Assembly: GCA_963543845.1 (NCBI GenBank)
Contig: CAUUCL010000001.1
Location: forward strand, 30,037-94,036
From: an uncultured Acholeplasmataceae bacterium
GTDB taxonomy: Bacteria > Bacillota_I > Bacilli_A > Acholeplasmatales > Acholeplasmataceae
Length of the DNA: 64,000 nucleotides
Direction: 5' to 3'
A model generated the notes under the pieces. That model was not told where the DNA came from and did no database searches. It saw nothing but the letters and a program-made list of their open reading frames with translations. Positions 1-9,801 of the stretch are shown here, piece by piece (positions within the stretch are counted from its first letter, which is position 1; every line of letters starts with the position of its first letter). Made by a program: the position numbers and the translations under genes.

Positions 1-103
1 AGTTATATATTTTAAATACATCCTTTATAACTTTTTCAAGATATTCCCATTTTCTATTTTCAGGATAGAATAAATCATTCGTTCCTTTTGGTTTTATTAT
101 CAT
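1..103 (-). CDS. hisS: histidyl-tRNA synthetase, first 34 codons only (gene runs off the left edge)
   Basis: Not in the ORF track. The minus-strand ATG at 103 gives MIIKPKGTNDLFYPENRKWEYLEKVIKDVFKIYN, which fits the HisRS N-terminal P.GT.D..P.E...W pattern. ATGA overlap with the dtd stop. relA-dtd-hisS order as in Bacillus. Confidence 0.6.
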   Translation of the reverse strand, partial: MIIKPKGTNDLFYPENRKWEYLEKVIKDVFKIYN

Positions 104-546
104 ATATTCTCCATTTCAATTATTATTGTAACAGGTCCATCATTTACAGATTCAACTTCCATATCAGAAGCAAATATTCCTGGCTTTGTGGTTATTTTTT
201 TATTTAGTCTATCTAATAAATCTAAATAAAGCTTAGATGCTAAGTCTTTATCAAGCGATTTTACAAATGATGGTCTGTTTGATTTAATTGCATCTCCTGC
301 AAGGGTAAATTGTGATATAAGTAAAATTTCAGAATCTTTAACAGATAAGATGTTATTGTTCATCTTATCAAGGCTATCTTTCATTATTCTTAAATTCAGT
401 ATTTTATCAACAGCTCTATCTAAGCATTTACCAGTATCACCATTTAAAAAACACACATAAATTAAATAGCCATAATTTATTTTATTAAATATCTTACCAT
501 CTATTTTAACAGATGCACTTTTAACTCTTTGAACAACTAATCTCAT
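100..546 (-). CDS. dtd: D-aminoacyl-tRNA deacylase
   Basis: 148 aa. MRLVVQRV... SQFTLAGD ... GPVT pattern of Dtd. 1-nt overlap with relA. Confidence 0.9.
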   Translation of the reverse strand: MRLVVQRVKSASVKIDGKIFNKINYGYLIYVCFLNGDTGKCLDRAVDKILNLRIMKDSLDKMNNNILSVKDSEILLISQFTLAGDAIKSNRPSFVKSLDKDLASKLYLDLLDRLNKKITTKPGIFASDMEVESVNDGPVTIIIEMENI

Positions 547-2738
547 TAAATAATTTCCCTTTTAATCTCATATATACCAGATATCTTTTTTAAATTAGCA
601 ATCGTCTGGTTTAACTCATTTAAATCTTTAACTAATAATTTTAAATTGATTAACCCACCAAGACTTTTATTATTTCTTGCTTTTATCTCAGCAAGCGATA
701 CTTTTGAAATAGATAAAAGGTTTATAATTAAAGGAAGTACCTTATTAGTATTTTCAACACTAACTGATAGTCTTGACTGATATTTTTTGCTAGCGTTTTT
801 ACTCTCATTCCAAAAAACTTCAGTCTCTCTTTCTTTTTCTAAGTCTTTATAGTTATTACAATTATCCCTGTGAACAACAATCCCACCTGTTTTTGAAACA
901 TAGCCTTTAATATTATCTCCATAAACAGGAAGGCAGCAATTAGCAATTTTTAGTTTAGGTTTGTTTAATCCAGGAACTATAATTGTACAATCTGATGGCT
1001 TTTTTAAATTATCAATTTTTCTTGCTTTTTCAATTTGTTTTTCAAGCCACTCATCTTTAGAAATTCCTTTTGCTTGAATTATTTTAGATATTACCGTCTT
1101 TTCTGAAATATTACCCTTTCCAATTTCAAGGTATAGTGTATCAAGATTAGTTGCGCCTTGCTTTTGAAAATTATCCAAAACAAATTTATCATCAAGTGCT
1201 TGAGTAATTTGATTTTTAACAAGTTCTTTTTCAAGGGTTGTTTTTCCAGATTCAAATAAAATATCATGGTTTTGCTTGTTTAAAAAGTTTTTAATTTTAT
1301 TTTTAGAATAACTTGATTTACATATTTTAAGCCAATCAGCACTTGGACCTGATTTATTTCCTGTCTTAATTGAGACAATATCACCAGTTTTTAAAACAGT
1401 ATCAATTGTTGCAATTTTATTATTTATATTACATCCAATCATTTTATTTCCAACATCAGTATGAATTTTATAGGCAAAGTCAATCGGAGTTGAGCCTTGG
1501 GGAAGCTCAATTACTTTTCCATCTGGTGTGAAAACATAGACATTTGCAAGTAAGATATCACTTTTAATATCTTCAACAAAGCTTATTGGATCTTTTTGAG
1601 CCTCATTTTCATCTTTTGACATTTTTAATAAATCTGAATACCACTTCATCTTATTAGCCATCTCAAATTGTTCTTTTTCTTTTGAGTAAATTTTAGACTC
1701 TTTATAAGCCCAATGGGCAGCAATTCCCATCTCAGCTACCTCATCCATTTCTTCAGTTCTAATTTGAACTTCAAAAAGCTGGGAATCTTTTGAAATTACC
1801 GTTGTATGAAGTGATTGGTATAAATTAGGTTTTGGCATTGCGATATAATCTTTAAAGCGCTTTGGTATTGGTGTATAGTTAGCATGAACTATTCCTAATA
1901 CCTTATAACATGTTTCGATATCTTTAACAATAACTCTAATTGCTAAAAGGTCATAAATATCTTCAAAGTCTTGTTTTTTTATAACCATCTTTTTATAAAT
2001 TGAGTTAATATTTTTAATTCTTCCTTTAATGCTATAAGCAAGAACATTATATTTTTTTAATAGCTCTTTTATCTCATCAATTATTTTAGTAATTCCCTTT
2101 TCTCTTTCAGATTTTTGGGTTTGAATTAAACCTGATACATGATAGTACATATCAGGATCATTATACTTAAGCGATGTATCTTCAAGCTCAGCCTTAATTT
2201 GGAAAAGTCCAAGTCTGTGAGCAAGAGGTGCATATATTTCTAAGGTTTCATTAGAAATATATTTTTGCCTGTCTAGCGGAAGCTCAAAAAGGGTTCTAAT
2301 ATTGTGAAGCCTATCTGCTATTTTAATTAGTATAACTCTAATATCAGTTGCAGTTGCTAAAAGCATTTTTCTATGATACTCAGCTTGCGATAAATCAGTT
2401 TTAAATTTTAATCTTCCAATTTTTGTAACACCATCTACTAAATCTGCAATATCTTGTCCAAAGTCTTTTATCATTTCATCTTTAGTATAACTTGTATCTT
2501 CAATTGTATCGTGTAAAAGGGCCGCAGCAAGTGTTTGGGGGCCTGCGTTAAGACCTGCCAAAATTATTGCAACAGCAACAGGATGAGTAATATATGGAAT
2601 CATATTCCCGCCTTTTCTGTATTGCCCATTATGAAGCTCATAAGCCTTATAATAGGCTTTTTTAATTAAGGCGATATTCTCATCATTTTGCATGTAATCT
2701 TTAATTTTAGATAATAATTCATCTAAAAGTGCGTCCAT
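546..2738 (-). CDS. relA: bifunctional (p)ppGpp synthetase/hydrolase (Rel/SpoT)
   Basis: 730 aa. HD hydrolase motif LHDTIEDT; synthetase motifs GRIKNINSIYKKM and EVQIRTEEMD; TGS and ACT-like C-terminal regions. Confidence 0.95.
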   Translation of the reverse strand: MDALLDELLSKIKDYMQNDENIALIKKAYYKAYELHNGQYRKGGNMIPYITHPVAVAIILAGLNAGPQTLAAALLHDTIEDTSYTKDEMIKDFGQDIADLVDGVTKIGRLKFKTDLSQAEYHRKMLLATATDIRVILIKIADRLHNIRTLFELPLDRQKYISNETLEIYAPLAHRLGLFQIKAELEDTSLKYNDPDMYYHVSGLIQTQKSEREKGITKIIDEIKELLKKYNVLAYSIKGRIKNINSIYKKMVIKKQDFEDIYDLLAIRVIVKDIETCYKVLGIVHANYTPIPKRFKDYIAMPKPNLYQSLHTTVISKDSQLFEVQIRTEEMDEVAEMGIAAHWAYKESKIYSKEKEQFEMANKMKWYSDLLKMSKDENEAQKDPISFVEDIKSDILLANVYVFTPDGKVIELPQGSTPIDFAYKIHTDVGNKMIGCNINNKIATIDTVLKTGDIVSIKTGNKSGPSADWLKICKSSYSKNKIKNFLNKQNHDILFESGKTTLEKELVKNQITQALDDKFVLDNFQKQGATNLDTLYLEIGKGNISEKTVISKIIQAKGISKDEWLEKQIEKARKIDNLKKPSDCTIIVPGLNKPKLKIANCCLPVYGDNIKGYVSKTGGIVVHRDNCNNYKDLEKERETEVFWNESKNASKKYQSRLSVSVENTNKVLPLIINLLSISKVSLAEIKARNNKSLGGLINLKLLVKDLNELNQTIANLKKISGIYEIKREII

Positions 2739-2739
2739 A

Positions 2740-3261
2740 CTAATACTTTTCTACAACTAAAATTGGATATTTATCAATTTTTTCCTTTCCTTTTAAATCA
2801 GTTAGTTCAACTAAAAAAGCGCATCCGCAAACAGTTCCTCCTAACTTTTCAATTAAATTAGCAGCAGCATAGGCAGTTCCTCCTGTTGCTAAAAGATCAT
2901 CAACAATTAAAACTCTTTGTCCTTTTTTAATTGCATCTTTATGAATTGCAAGAGTATTGCTACCATATTCTAAATCATAATCAAAAGAGATAGTATCTCT
3001 TGGAAGTTTATTAGGTTTTCTAATTGGAGCAAATCCAATTTTAAGTAAATTTGCAACAGGACACCCAAAGATAAATCCCCTTGCCTCAGGACCAACTACT
3101 AAATCAGCTTTTTGCTCTTTTGCAAATTTTGCAATATCACTAACCGCACTTGCAAATACCTCACCATTTAGCATAAGCGGTGTGATATCTCTAAATAAAA
3201 TTCCCTCCTTTGGGAAATCTTTAACATTTGCAATATAATCTTTGTAATTTATTTTTTTCAT
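2740..3261 (-). CDS. apt: adenine phosphoribosyltransferase
   Basis: 173 aa. PRPP-binding loop [13 protein letters not shown]. Full-length Apt-like. Confidence 0.95.
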   Translation of the reverse strand: MKKINYKDYIANVKDFPKEGILFRDITPLMLNGEVFASAVSDIAKFAKEQKADLVVGPEARGFIFGCPVANLLKIGFAPIRKPNKLPRDTISFDYDLEYGSNTLAIHKDAIKKGQRVLIVDDLLATGGTAYAAANLIEKLGGTVCGCAFLVELTDLKGKEKIDKYPILVVEKY

Positions 3262-3269
3262 ATTATCTC

Positions 3270-4943
3270 CTATATCTCATTTATTGAAATTATAAAAACA
3301 GGGTTTCTGTGTGTTTTTCCATCAATAAACATTATCATTTTAGACCTTATTTGTCTTTTTAAATCATTCCACAATCTTCTTGGTTTTTTTAACATATCAT
3401 TAAATAAATCCTTAAAATATCTTGTAAGCTCACTTATAAACTCATCATGATTTGGCGGATTATAAAATCCTTGAGTTTTTATAATTATATCTCCAAGAAG
3501 TTTATTTTCTTTAGAGATATTAGCTGAAATAATTATTATTCCATCTTGAGCTAAAAGCTCTCTATCTTTCATTACCACATCATTTTTATCATATATCGGA
3601 GTTCCATCAATTAGTATCTCACCAACTGGAACCTCACCTTTAAATACCTTAGATACACCATCTGATAAGTCTAGTAAATCACCATTTTCAAATAAATAAC
3701 AATTCTCATCAGAATAACCAAGCTCTTTGGCAATTTTTATTGCCATTGCTTGGTGCTGAAACTCGCCAATAACCGGAATAATAAATTTGGGTCTTGTTAG
3801 ATTTATCATCATTTTAATCTCATTAGCAGTTGCATTTGATGTTTCAAGAAGCTCCTTTTTAATTTCTATAATGTTAGTATCAGCTCTTGATAGATAATCA
3901 AATGTCTTATTAGATATTCCTTCAATTCCCGATAAAATCGGAGTTAAAATAACTACAGTATCTTCTTTTTCAATATGAATTAGTTTATCTTGTTTTTTAA
4001 TCATTCTTTGAAGCATATGGAAAGGCTCATGCCTTTGACCTGTTACAAGAACTACTAAATCCTTATCCATATTTTTATTTTTCTCATCAATAAACAAAAG
4101 CTTTTTAAAATTTTTCTCAGGTATTTCAAGATACTTATTATATATTGCAAGATCAACTAGCCTTTGGGCTTTTCTTCCTAAAATAGCAATTTTTTTATCG
4201 TATTTAATTGCTTTATCAATAATATTTTGGATTTTCAAAAGATCATCTGAGTAAAGGGTAAAAATTATTCTGGATTTACTATCTTTAAAAATATTATCAA
4301 TCTCATATGAAAACATGATATTAGACCCACTTTGAACAAGCCTACGAGAGCCATAAGATTCTATTAAAAGAGCTAATATTCCCTTATTTGCAAGCTCTGA
4401 TAATTTTTTATAATTTGTCTTATATAAAGGATTGGCCCCTTCATCAAATGAAAACTCAGATGTATATAAAATTGAGCCATCTGGTGTATTTATAGATATT
4501 GCAAGTGCCTCTGGAATTGAGTTAGTTGTTTTTAAAAAAGATACATTGCAAACACCAAAATCAATAATACTATCTTCTGTGATTGTATGCATTAAATCAG
4601 CAGGATAGTTTAAGTTGTTATCTGAAAATTCATCCTTTATAACTTCCATTGTAAGCTTTGCTGCGTAAATATCAAGCTTTACCTCTTTTAAAATGTGAAC
4701 TAAGGCTCCAATATTTGCTTCATGCGCATTAGATAAAAAAATTCCGCAAATATCATTTTTAACTCTCTTTAAAACAGTAAAGTCTGGAATTATCTCATCA
4801 ACCCCATAAAGCTCATTACTTGGATATTTTATACCAGAGTCTAAAATAAAGTATTTTCCATCTACAGTAATAACATACATATTCTTTCCATACTCGCCAA
4901 ATCCACCAAGCCCAAAAACTTTAATTTTAGCCATTTTTCTCAC
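3270..4943 (-). CDS. rnj: ribonuclease J family protein with degenerate metal-binding motifs
   Basis: 557 aa, colinear with Bacillus RNase J1 (GLGG.GE.GKN, beta-CASP, C-terminal domain). HxHxDH reads NAHEAN and the other ligand positions are also substituted. Confidence 0.85.
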   Translation of the reverse strand: MRKMAKIKVFGLGGFGEYGKNMYVITVDGKYFILDSGIKYPSNELYGVDEIIPDFTVLKRVKNDICGIFLSNAHEANIGALVHILKEVKLDIYAAKLTMEVIKDEFSDNNLNYPADLMHTITEDSIIDFGVCNVSFLKTTNSIPEALAISINTPDGSILYTSEFSFDEGANPLYKTNYKKLSELANKGILALLIESYGSRRLVQSGSNIMFSYEIDNIFKDSKSRIIFTLYSDDLLKIQNIIDKAIKYDKKIAILGRKAQRLVDLAIYNKYLEIPEKNFKKLLFIDEKNKNMDKDLVVLVTGQRHEPFHMLQRMIKKQDKLIHIEKEDTVVILTPILSGIEGISNKTFDYLSRADTNIIEIKKELLETSNATANEIKMMINLTRPKFIIPVIGEFQHQAMAIKIAKELGYSDENCYLFENGDLLDLSDGVSKVFKGEVPVGEILIDGTPIYDKNDVVMKDRELLAQDGIIIISANISKENKLLGDIIIKTQGFYNPPNHDEFISELTRYFKDLFNDMLKKPRRLWNDLKRQIRSKMIMFIDGKTHRNPVFIISINEI

Positions 4944-4970
4944 CTTCTTTTAAGAATAATATATATATTT

Positions 4971-5000
4971 ATTATACCAAAACAAATAAATTTAAGTAAA
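4971..5000 (-). promoter_or_regulatory. sigma-A type promoter for rnj
   Basis: Minus strand TTTACT-18 nt-TATAAT with a TGG extended -10 (TGGTATAAT), directly after the upstream terminator. GAAGGTGAG SD before the ATG. Confidence 0.45.
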
Positions 5001-5002
5001 AA

Positions 5003-5032
5003 TAAGGCTAGTTCGTCATCGCACTAGCCTTA
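5003..5032 (-). terminator. rho-independent terminator after the small-gene pair
   Basis: TAAGGCTAGT/ACTAGCCTTA 10-bp stem with a 10-nt loop, followed by ATTTTTAC on the minus strand. Confidence 0.5.
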
Positions 5033-5173
5033 AGTCTTTTTATTTTCTATTACTATAAATTATAATATTTAATTTTGATAATTATATTAAATAGTCAACT
5101 ATTACTCATCTATATTATTAAGACTATTTAAAAAAGTTTAATACCAAACGTTAGTTAAAAAACATCTTTTAGT

Positions 5174-5380
5174 CTATTTTTCAATTCTTTCTTTAATAAT
5201 TTTATCGATGTCAATGTATGCGTTTTCTATTTTTTCAGTGTGGTAAATTTCATATAACCCATATATAAATTTTAATATATCTAGCTCTTCAAAAATTTTT
5301 ATAAATTCATCTACTGAAGTATTTTTATAGTCAGCATAACCTTCTAGTAAATAAATAAAAAAAGTACTTTCTTTACTCAT
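5174..5380 (-). CDS. small DUF3791-like protein (hypothetical)
   Basis: 68 aa. Pattern F.I.L.E.YA......S..E.I..FE......FI...YE.YHT........DID..I resembles the DUF3791 family as I remember it. Confidence 0.45.
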   Translation of the reverse strand: MSKESTFFIYLLEGYADYKNTSVDEFIKIFEELDILKFIYGLYEIYHTEKIENAYIDIDKIIKERIEK

Positions 5381-5381
5381 A

Positions 5382-5627
5382 TTAAAAACTTCTTATATAT
5401 TCTGAATTTCTAGGATTACCTGTATTTTTTTCATTTTCCCACATGTCAAAAACAACTAAATGACTCATTTTGTATATCTCTAATGATACATCATTTAGCA
5501 TTTTATATGTTTTAGAAAAATAATACTCCCTAATAGCATCTAATTCATTAAGACCATATTTTTCCATGATAAGATTTATAACAAAATTCGAAAAATAACG
5601 TTTAATTTCTAGAGGGATTTTTTTCAT
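5382..5627 (-). CDS. small DUF3791-like protein, second copy (hypothetical)
   Basis: 81 aa, 1-nt spacing to the downstream minigene. AAAGGAGAAATT SD. Helical minigene of the same size class. Confidence 0.4.
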   Translation of the reverse strand: MKKIPLEIKRYFSNFVINLIMEKYGLNELDAIREYYFSKTYKMLNDVSLEIYKMSHLVVFDMWENEKNTGNPRNSEYIRSF

Positions 5628-5656
5628 AATAATTTCTCCTTTAAAAATATATAAAA

Positions 5657-5684
5657 AGCTAATTATGATTTTGCATGATTAGCT
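5657..5684 (-). terminator. rho-independent terminator after tgt
   Basis: AGCTAATCATG...CATAATTAGCT hairpin (one mismatch) followed by TTTTTATAT on the minus strand. Confidence 0.5.
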
Positions 5685-5705
5685 CAAAATAAATCTATTA
5701 AATAT

Positions 5706-6815
5706 TTATTTGTTATATATTTTAGTAATTTCTTTTACAAAATCTAAATATCTATCTTCCATTATTGCTTTTTGGCACTCACTTGTAAGCCATTTCATAT
5801 AAGCTAGATTTTGAATTGTCGCAATTCTTTGACCTAAGGCTTCATCGGATTTAAAAAGGTGTCTTAGGTATGAATATGTAAAATTAGATGCATATGAGCC
5901 AAGCATAGGATCTATTTTTTCAATATTTTCTTTAAACTTTTCATTTTTAATATTTACTTTTCCACTAGTTGTAAAGATTTGCCCATGTCTTGCATTTCTT
6001 GTAGGAAGAACACAGTCCATCATATCAACACCTTCTAAAACAGACATAACAAAATCATATGGTGTTCCAACTCCCATAAGATAATGAGGCTTATCATTTG
6101 GAAGATTAGGCTTTAAAAAAGTTAGCATATCATGCATTTCATGGCTTGTCTCACCAACAGAAAGACCCCCAATTGCAATCCCATCAAATTCCATCGAACT
6201 AATTTCTTTAAGACTTTCTAATCTTAAATCTTTATTTAAACCACCTTGAAAAATTCCAAAAATTGCTTGGTTAGAATTTAGTCTTTTATGCTCATCAAGG
6301 CATCTTCTAGCCCATTTGCTAGTTCTTTTAATACTACTTTTTAAATACTTATCTTCTGCTGGAAGTGATACACACTCATCAAATGCCATAATAATGTCAG
6401 CACCTATTTCATTTTGTATTTTGATTGATTTTTCAGGCGTTAAAAAATACTTATCGCCATTTTTAAAATTTGTAATTTTAACCCCAGCATCTGTGATATC
6501 ATTTTTTTTAGCAAGCGAGAAAACCTGAAAACCTCCACTATCTGTTAAAAGGGAGTTTTCCCAGTTCATCATTTTTTTACATCCCCCATGAAGTTTTATA
6601 ATATCAGCTCCTGGGCTAATCATTAAATGATAAGTATTTGCTAAAATTATCCCACTTGAAACATCCAATGCTTCCTCAGGAGATAATCCCTTAACGGTTG
6701 CATTTGTTCCAACTGGCATAAAAACTGGCGTTAAAAAAGAGTTTGTATTAGTAGTTATTCTACAAACCCTTGCTCCGCTTTGCTTACATGTATGTAATAT
6801 TTCAAATTTAAACAA
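5706..6815 (-). CDS. tgt: queuine tRNA-ribosyltransferase (tRNA-guanine transglycosylase)
   Basis: 369 aa. TDSGGFQ, GGLSVGE and GVDMMDCVLPTRNARHG motifs. Confidence 0.95.
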   Translation of the reverse strand: MFKFEILHTCKQSGARVCRITTNTNSFLTPVFMPVGTNATVKGLSPEEALDVSSGIILANTYHLMISPGADIIKLHGGCKKMMNWENSLLTDSGGFQVFSLAKKNDITDAGVKITNFKNGDKYFLTPEKSIKIQNEIGADIIMAFDECVSLPAEDKYLKSSIKRTSKWARRCLDEHKRLNSNQAIFGIFQGGLNKDLRLESLKEISSMEFDGIAIGGLSVGETSHEMHDMLTFLKPNLPNDKPHYLMGVGTPYDFVMSVLEGVDMMDCVLPTRNARHGQIFTTSGKVNIKNEKFKENIEKIDPMLGSYASNFTYSYLRHLFKSDEALGQRIATIQNLAYMKWLTSECQKAIMEDRYLDFVKEITKIYNK

Positions 6816-6841
6816 AATATCATTCCTTAAAATAAAAAAGC

Positions 6842-6915
6842 TACCCCCCCAGGGATTCGAACCCTGGACCCTTCGATTAAGAGTCGAATGCTCTAACCAG
6901 CTGAGCTAGGGAGGC
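6842..6915 (-). tRNA. tRNA-Lys (anticodon CTT)
   Basis: 74-nt cloverleaf folded by hand: acceptor GCCTCCC/GGGGGGT, D arm GCTC-AGCTGGTTA-GAGC, anticodon arm TTCGA-CTCTTAA-TCGAA, T arm CAGGG-TTCGAAT-CCCTG. CCA is not encoded. Confidence 0.9.
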
Positions 6916-6925
6916 AACTAGATAA

Positions 6926-6954
6926 ATATTAACACAATCTTTAAAAAAATGCAA
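6926..6954 (-). promoter_or_regulatory. promoter for tRNA-Lys (and probably tgt)
   Basis: Minus strand TTGCAT-17 nt-TAATAT with a TGT extended -10. The -10 ends about 10 nt before the tRNA 5' end. Confidence 0.55.
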
Positions 6955-6958
6955 CTTA

Positions 6959-8311
6959 TTATTTTAGATTTTGATAAATCAGGTCAAAATCCTTTGAAAA
7001 TTCATTAAATTTATTAAGCATACTAAGGTTAAATAATAGTTTTAAATCATTATTTAAAACATTCATTGCATCAATATGCCTTAGCGGTGCTTTATAATCT
7101 TGGGGACTTCTAAGGCGATAGTATATCTCAGATATTAAAATACAATCAGATATTAAATTTCTTTGGATTTGATTTTGATTTTTAATAAATTCTTGTGTTA
7201 GTCTTTTTTCATTATAAAATCTTAAAATCATCTCAGATTTATTAAAAAGCTGAATTCTTTTTATAACTTGTAAAAATACTCTCATCTTATCTTTTAAACT
7301 TTCATATTCAAAGTTATAATTAGATAAATTATTTATCTCAAAATGAACTATGGAATATCTTTTTAAATATTCATGATCATATTTATCAAAGCCAATAATA
7401 GATGCTAAATGATTTGATATTTTTAAAATATTTTCAGTATCTTCTCTTATAAAAAAATGTTTAGGGGATGTTTTAATTAAGTCAATAATTATTCCTGATA
7501 CTTCTTTGTAATCTTCTTCTTTTTCCATTCTCTTTACAACTTCTTTTTTTCTTTCAAGCTGCATATAATTTGAAATTGTAGTTGTAGCATAGATGATAAT
7601 TGAAAATATAAAATAAACAAATGTCCTTAAAAATATATCAGTTATAACAATTTTTTTTATCTCAACTTTCTCATTTTGAAAGATTGAGATTGTGTTATAT
7701 GTTATAAAAAAGTGAAGTAGCGTAAGTGCTGAAAAGATAACTAAAATCATATTAAAAAGAAATCTTTTATCCTGATATAAAGCACATATAATAACTACAA
7801 CATAAAAAAGTAAATATGAAAAAAGTTCAGCAAATCTTTTATAATTTTCAGGAAGATTAGTATACTTTGATGGAAAGTTTATCTTTATATAAAAAAGGCT
7901 TACTAAAAGAAGAAGATAGCCAATTGCAAAATACATCGCAATATGCTGTTTTGCAAGATTATACTTTTGGTCACTTTCTCTGCTTTTTTTAATTAACTTT
8001 TTCAAAAAAAAGTTAATTATAAAAGTAAGCGGAAATGTTGCAGCAGTTATTACCCAGTTAACAATTTTTAAAGCCTTAGTTTGAAATTGGTTAGTTGCAG
8101 CTGAGTATAAGCTCATCATTAAAAATATTAAAATGTTTATAACAAAGATAATATTTTTAATTACTTCATTTTTTCTTTTTAAAACCTGCTCATCGCATGT
8201 TATATCAATATTATTCTCAAATGCAAAAAACTTGGCAAATAGTCCTTTGCCAAGTATTTTGTTTTTTTTATCTTTTTCTCTTTTATCCTCGCTATTATTT
8301 TTTAGCATCAT
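6959..8311 (-). CDS. polytopic membrane protein with a cytoplasmic C-terminal domain (possible degenerate HD-GYP-like fold)
   Basis: About 450 aa with 6-7 hydrophobic helices, then a roughly 200-aa soluble domain. The track start (TTG 8350) overlaps the upstream gene, so ATG 8311/8308 is more likely. Confidence 0.5.
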   Translation of the reverse strand: MMLKNNSEDKREKDKKNKILGKGLFAKFFAFENNIDITCDEQVLKRKNEVIKNIIFVINILIFLMMSLYSAATNQFQTKALKIVNWVITAATFPLTFIINFFLKKLIKKSRESDQKYNLAKQHIAMYFAIGYLLLLVSLFYIKINFPSKYTNLPENYKRFAELFSYLLFYVVVIICALYQDKRFLFNMILVIFSALTLLHFFITYNTISIFQNEKVEIKKIVITDIFLRTFVYFIFSIIIYATTTISNYMQLERKKEVVKRMEKEEDYKEVSGIIIDLIKTSPKHFFIREDTENILKISNHLASIIGFDKYDHEYLKRYSIVHFEINNLSNYNFEYESLKDKMRVFLQVIKRIQLFNKSEMILRFYNEKRLTQEFIKNQNQIQRNLISDCILISEIYYRLRSPQDYKAPLRHIDAMNVLNNDLKLLFNLSMLNKFNEFSKDFDLIYQNLK

Positions 8312-8873
8312 CAAATAAGGTTTTGCCACAAGACTTACACTCGCCTGCAATTCCCTCGTTCATAACTTGAGCTACTCTAGTTGATGCTGCAGCAGCGATT
8401 GCTCCTACAATATCATCTAAGAAAGTATGACAAATTCCCTCTTCTTTACCTGCTTCATTTAAATTTTTAACAACACCGATTTTGTTAACGTCGATATCTC
8501 CAAAATTAGTTTGTCCAATTGTTCCAAACATTCCCGCAATATCAAGACCCATAACCTCATCAACTCCAAAAAGTCCAAGGTCATATTCAATAATATCTTG
8601 AATTGGCTGAGACAGTTTTCTCTCTTCTGCTAATCTATCTATTTCTACAGATAATTGTACATAATGGAAAACGTCTCTGTATGAAAGCACCTTTTCAACA
8701 GATTCAACACAAACATCATAAGGTACACCTGAGATGTACTTTGATTGCTGAGCATAAGTAATATCTGCTATTTGATTAACAGATACCCCTCTTTTTTCAA
8801 GGGCCTTAACATTTAACTTTAGCATTTCCTCTCTTGTATAAAGTATTTTTGCATTTTTAGGATTTCTTTTCAT
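8295..8873 (-). CDS. phosphatidylglycerophosphatase A family protein (YutG-like)
   Basis: Aligns with B. subtilis YutG/PgpA-like proteins (...HTFLDDIVGAIAAAASTR...). AAGGAG SD 7 nt before ATG 8873. The track's longer start overlaps fmt. Confidence 0.65.
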   Translation of the reverse strand: MKRNPKNAKILYTREEMLKLNVKALEKRGVSVNQIADITYAQQSKYISGVPYDVCVESVEKVLSYRDVFHYVQLSVEIDRLAEERKLSQPIQDIIEYDLGLFGVDEVMGLDIAGMFGTIGQTNFGDIDVNKIGVVKNLNEAGKEEGICHTFLDDIVGAIAAAASTRVAQVMNEGIAGECKSCGKTLFDDAKK

Positions 8874-8877
8874 TTTA

Positions 8878-9792
8878 TCACTCCTTAACATACTCATCAT
8901 TTCGAAAAAGTTTTTGACCATTTAAATATGATTTTACATCCATTTCTTTTTTTCCTGATTCTTGGATTTTTAAAATCTCAATAAAATAATCACTACATCC
9001 TATTAAAAGCTTATGATTAGTAATTTTAATAATTCCTGGTTTTTCCTTATTTATTATATCACATTTTTTAGCCTGTTTTATTTTAATAAGCACGCCATTT
9101 TGATAAAATATTGCCCCTGGTGTATCATTTAATGCTAGAATTTTAGCATTTACTAAATCCGCAGATTTACTAAAATCTATAATTTGATCAGAAAAAGTTA
9201 TATTATAAGCATAACTTACAAGGCTTTCATCTTGTTCAACTTCCTTATATTTTTTAATATTTAATAAATACTCTTTTAATAAATCATACCCAAGGTCAGA
9301 AAGCCTACTTGTTAAAACTGTCTTATTCTCGCTATAGTCTATTTTAATTTTAGAAGAAAGGTAAATAGGACCTGCATCCATTTTTTTAACAAGCCTCATA
9401 ATTGTAACACCAGTATACTCATCTAAACTCATCATCGCATGCTCAATCGGAGCACCACCACGATATTTAGGTAAAATAGATGCATGTACGTTTATTACAT
9501 GATATTTATTTAAAAGATAATCGGGTATCATCTTTCCAAAAGCAGCAGTTATTATAATATCGGGATTTATTTTATCAATCTCTGAAAATACATCTTTCAT
9601 TTTTTCAGGCGTAAGACATGAAATATTATTAGATACTGCAAATTCTTTAACACAAGATGGTGTTAAAACTTGCTTTCTTCCTACTTTTTGATCTGGCTTT
9701 GTGATTATTAAAGATACATTAAAGTTATCCTTAATTAACTTTTCAAGAATCACTCTTGAAAAGTTAGGGGTTCCCATAAATACAATTTTCAT
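8878..9792 (-). CDS. fmt: methionyl-tRNA formyltransferase
   Basis: 304 aa. HASILPKYRGGAPI motif. N- and C-terminal Fmt domains. Confidence 0.95.
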   Translation of the reverse strand: MKIVFMGTPNFSRVILEKLIKDNFNVSLIITKPDQKVGRKQVLTPSCVKEFAVSNNISCLTPEKMKDVFSEIDKINPDIIITAAFGKMIPDYLLNKYHVINVHASILPKYRGGAPIEHAMMSLDEYTGVTIMRLVKKMDAGPIYLSSKIKIDYSENKTVLTSRLSDLGYDLLKEYLLNIKKYKEVEQDESLVSYAYNITFSDQIIDFSKSADLVNAKILALNDTPGAIFYQNGVLIKIKQAKKCDIINKEKPGIIKITNHKLLIGCSDYFIEILKIQESGKKEMDVKSYLNGQKLFRNDEYVKE

Positions 9793-9801
9793 ATTGCCTC
9801 C

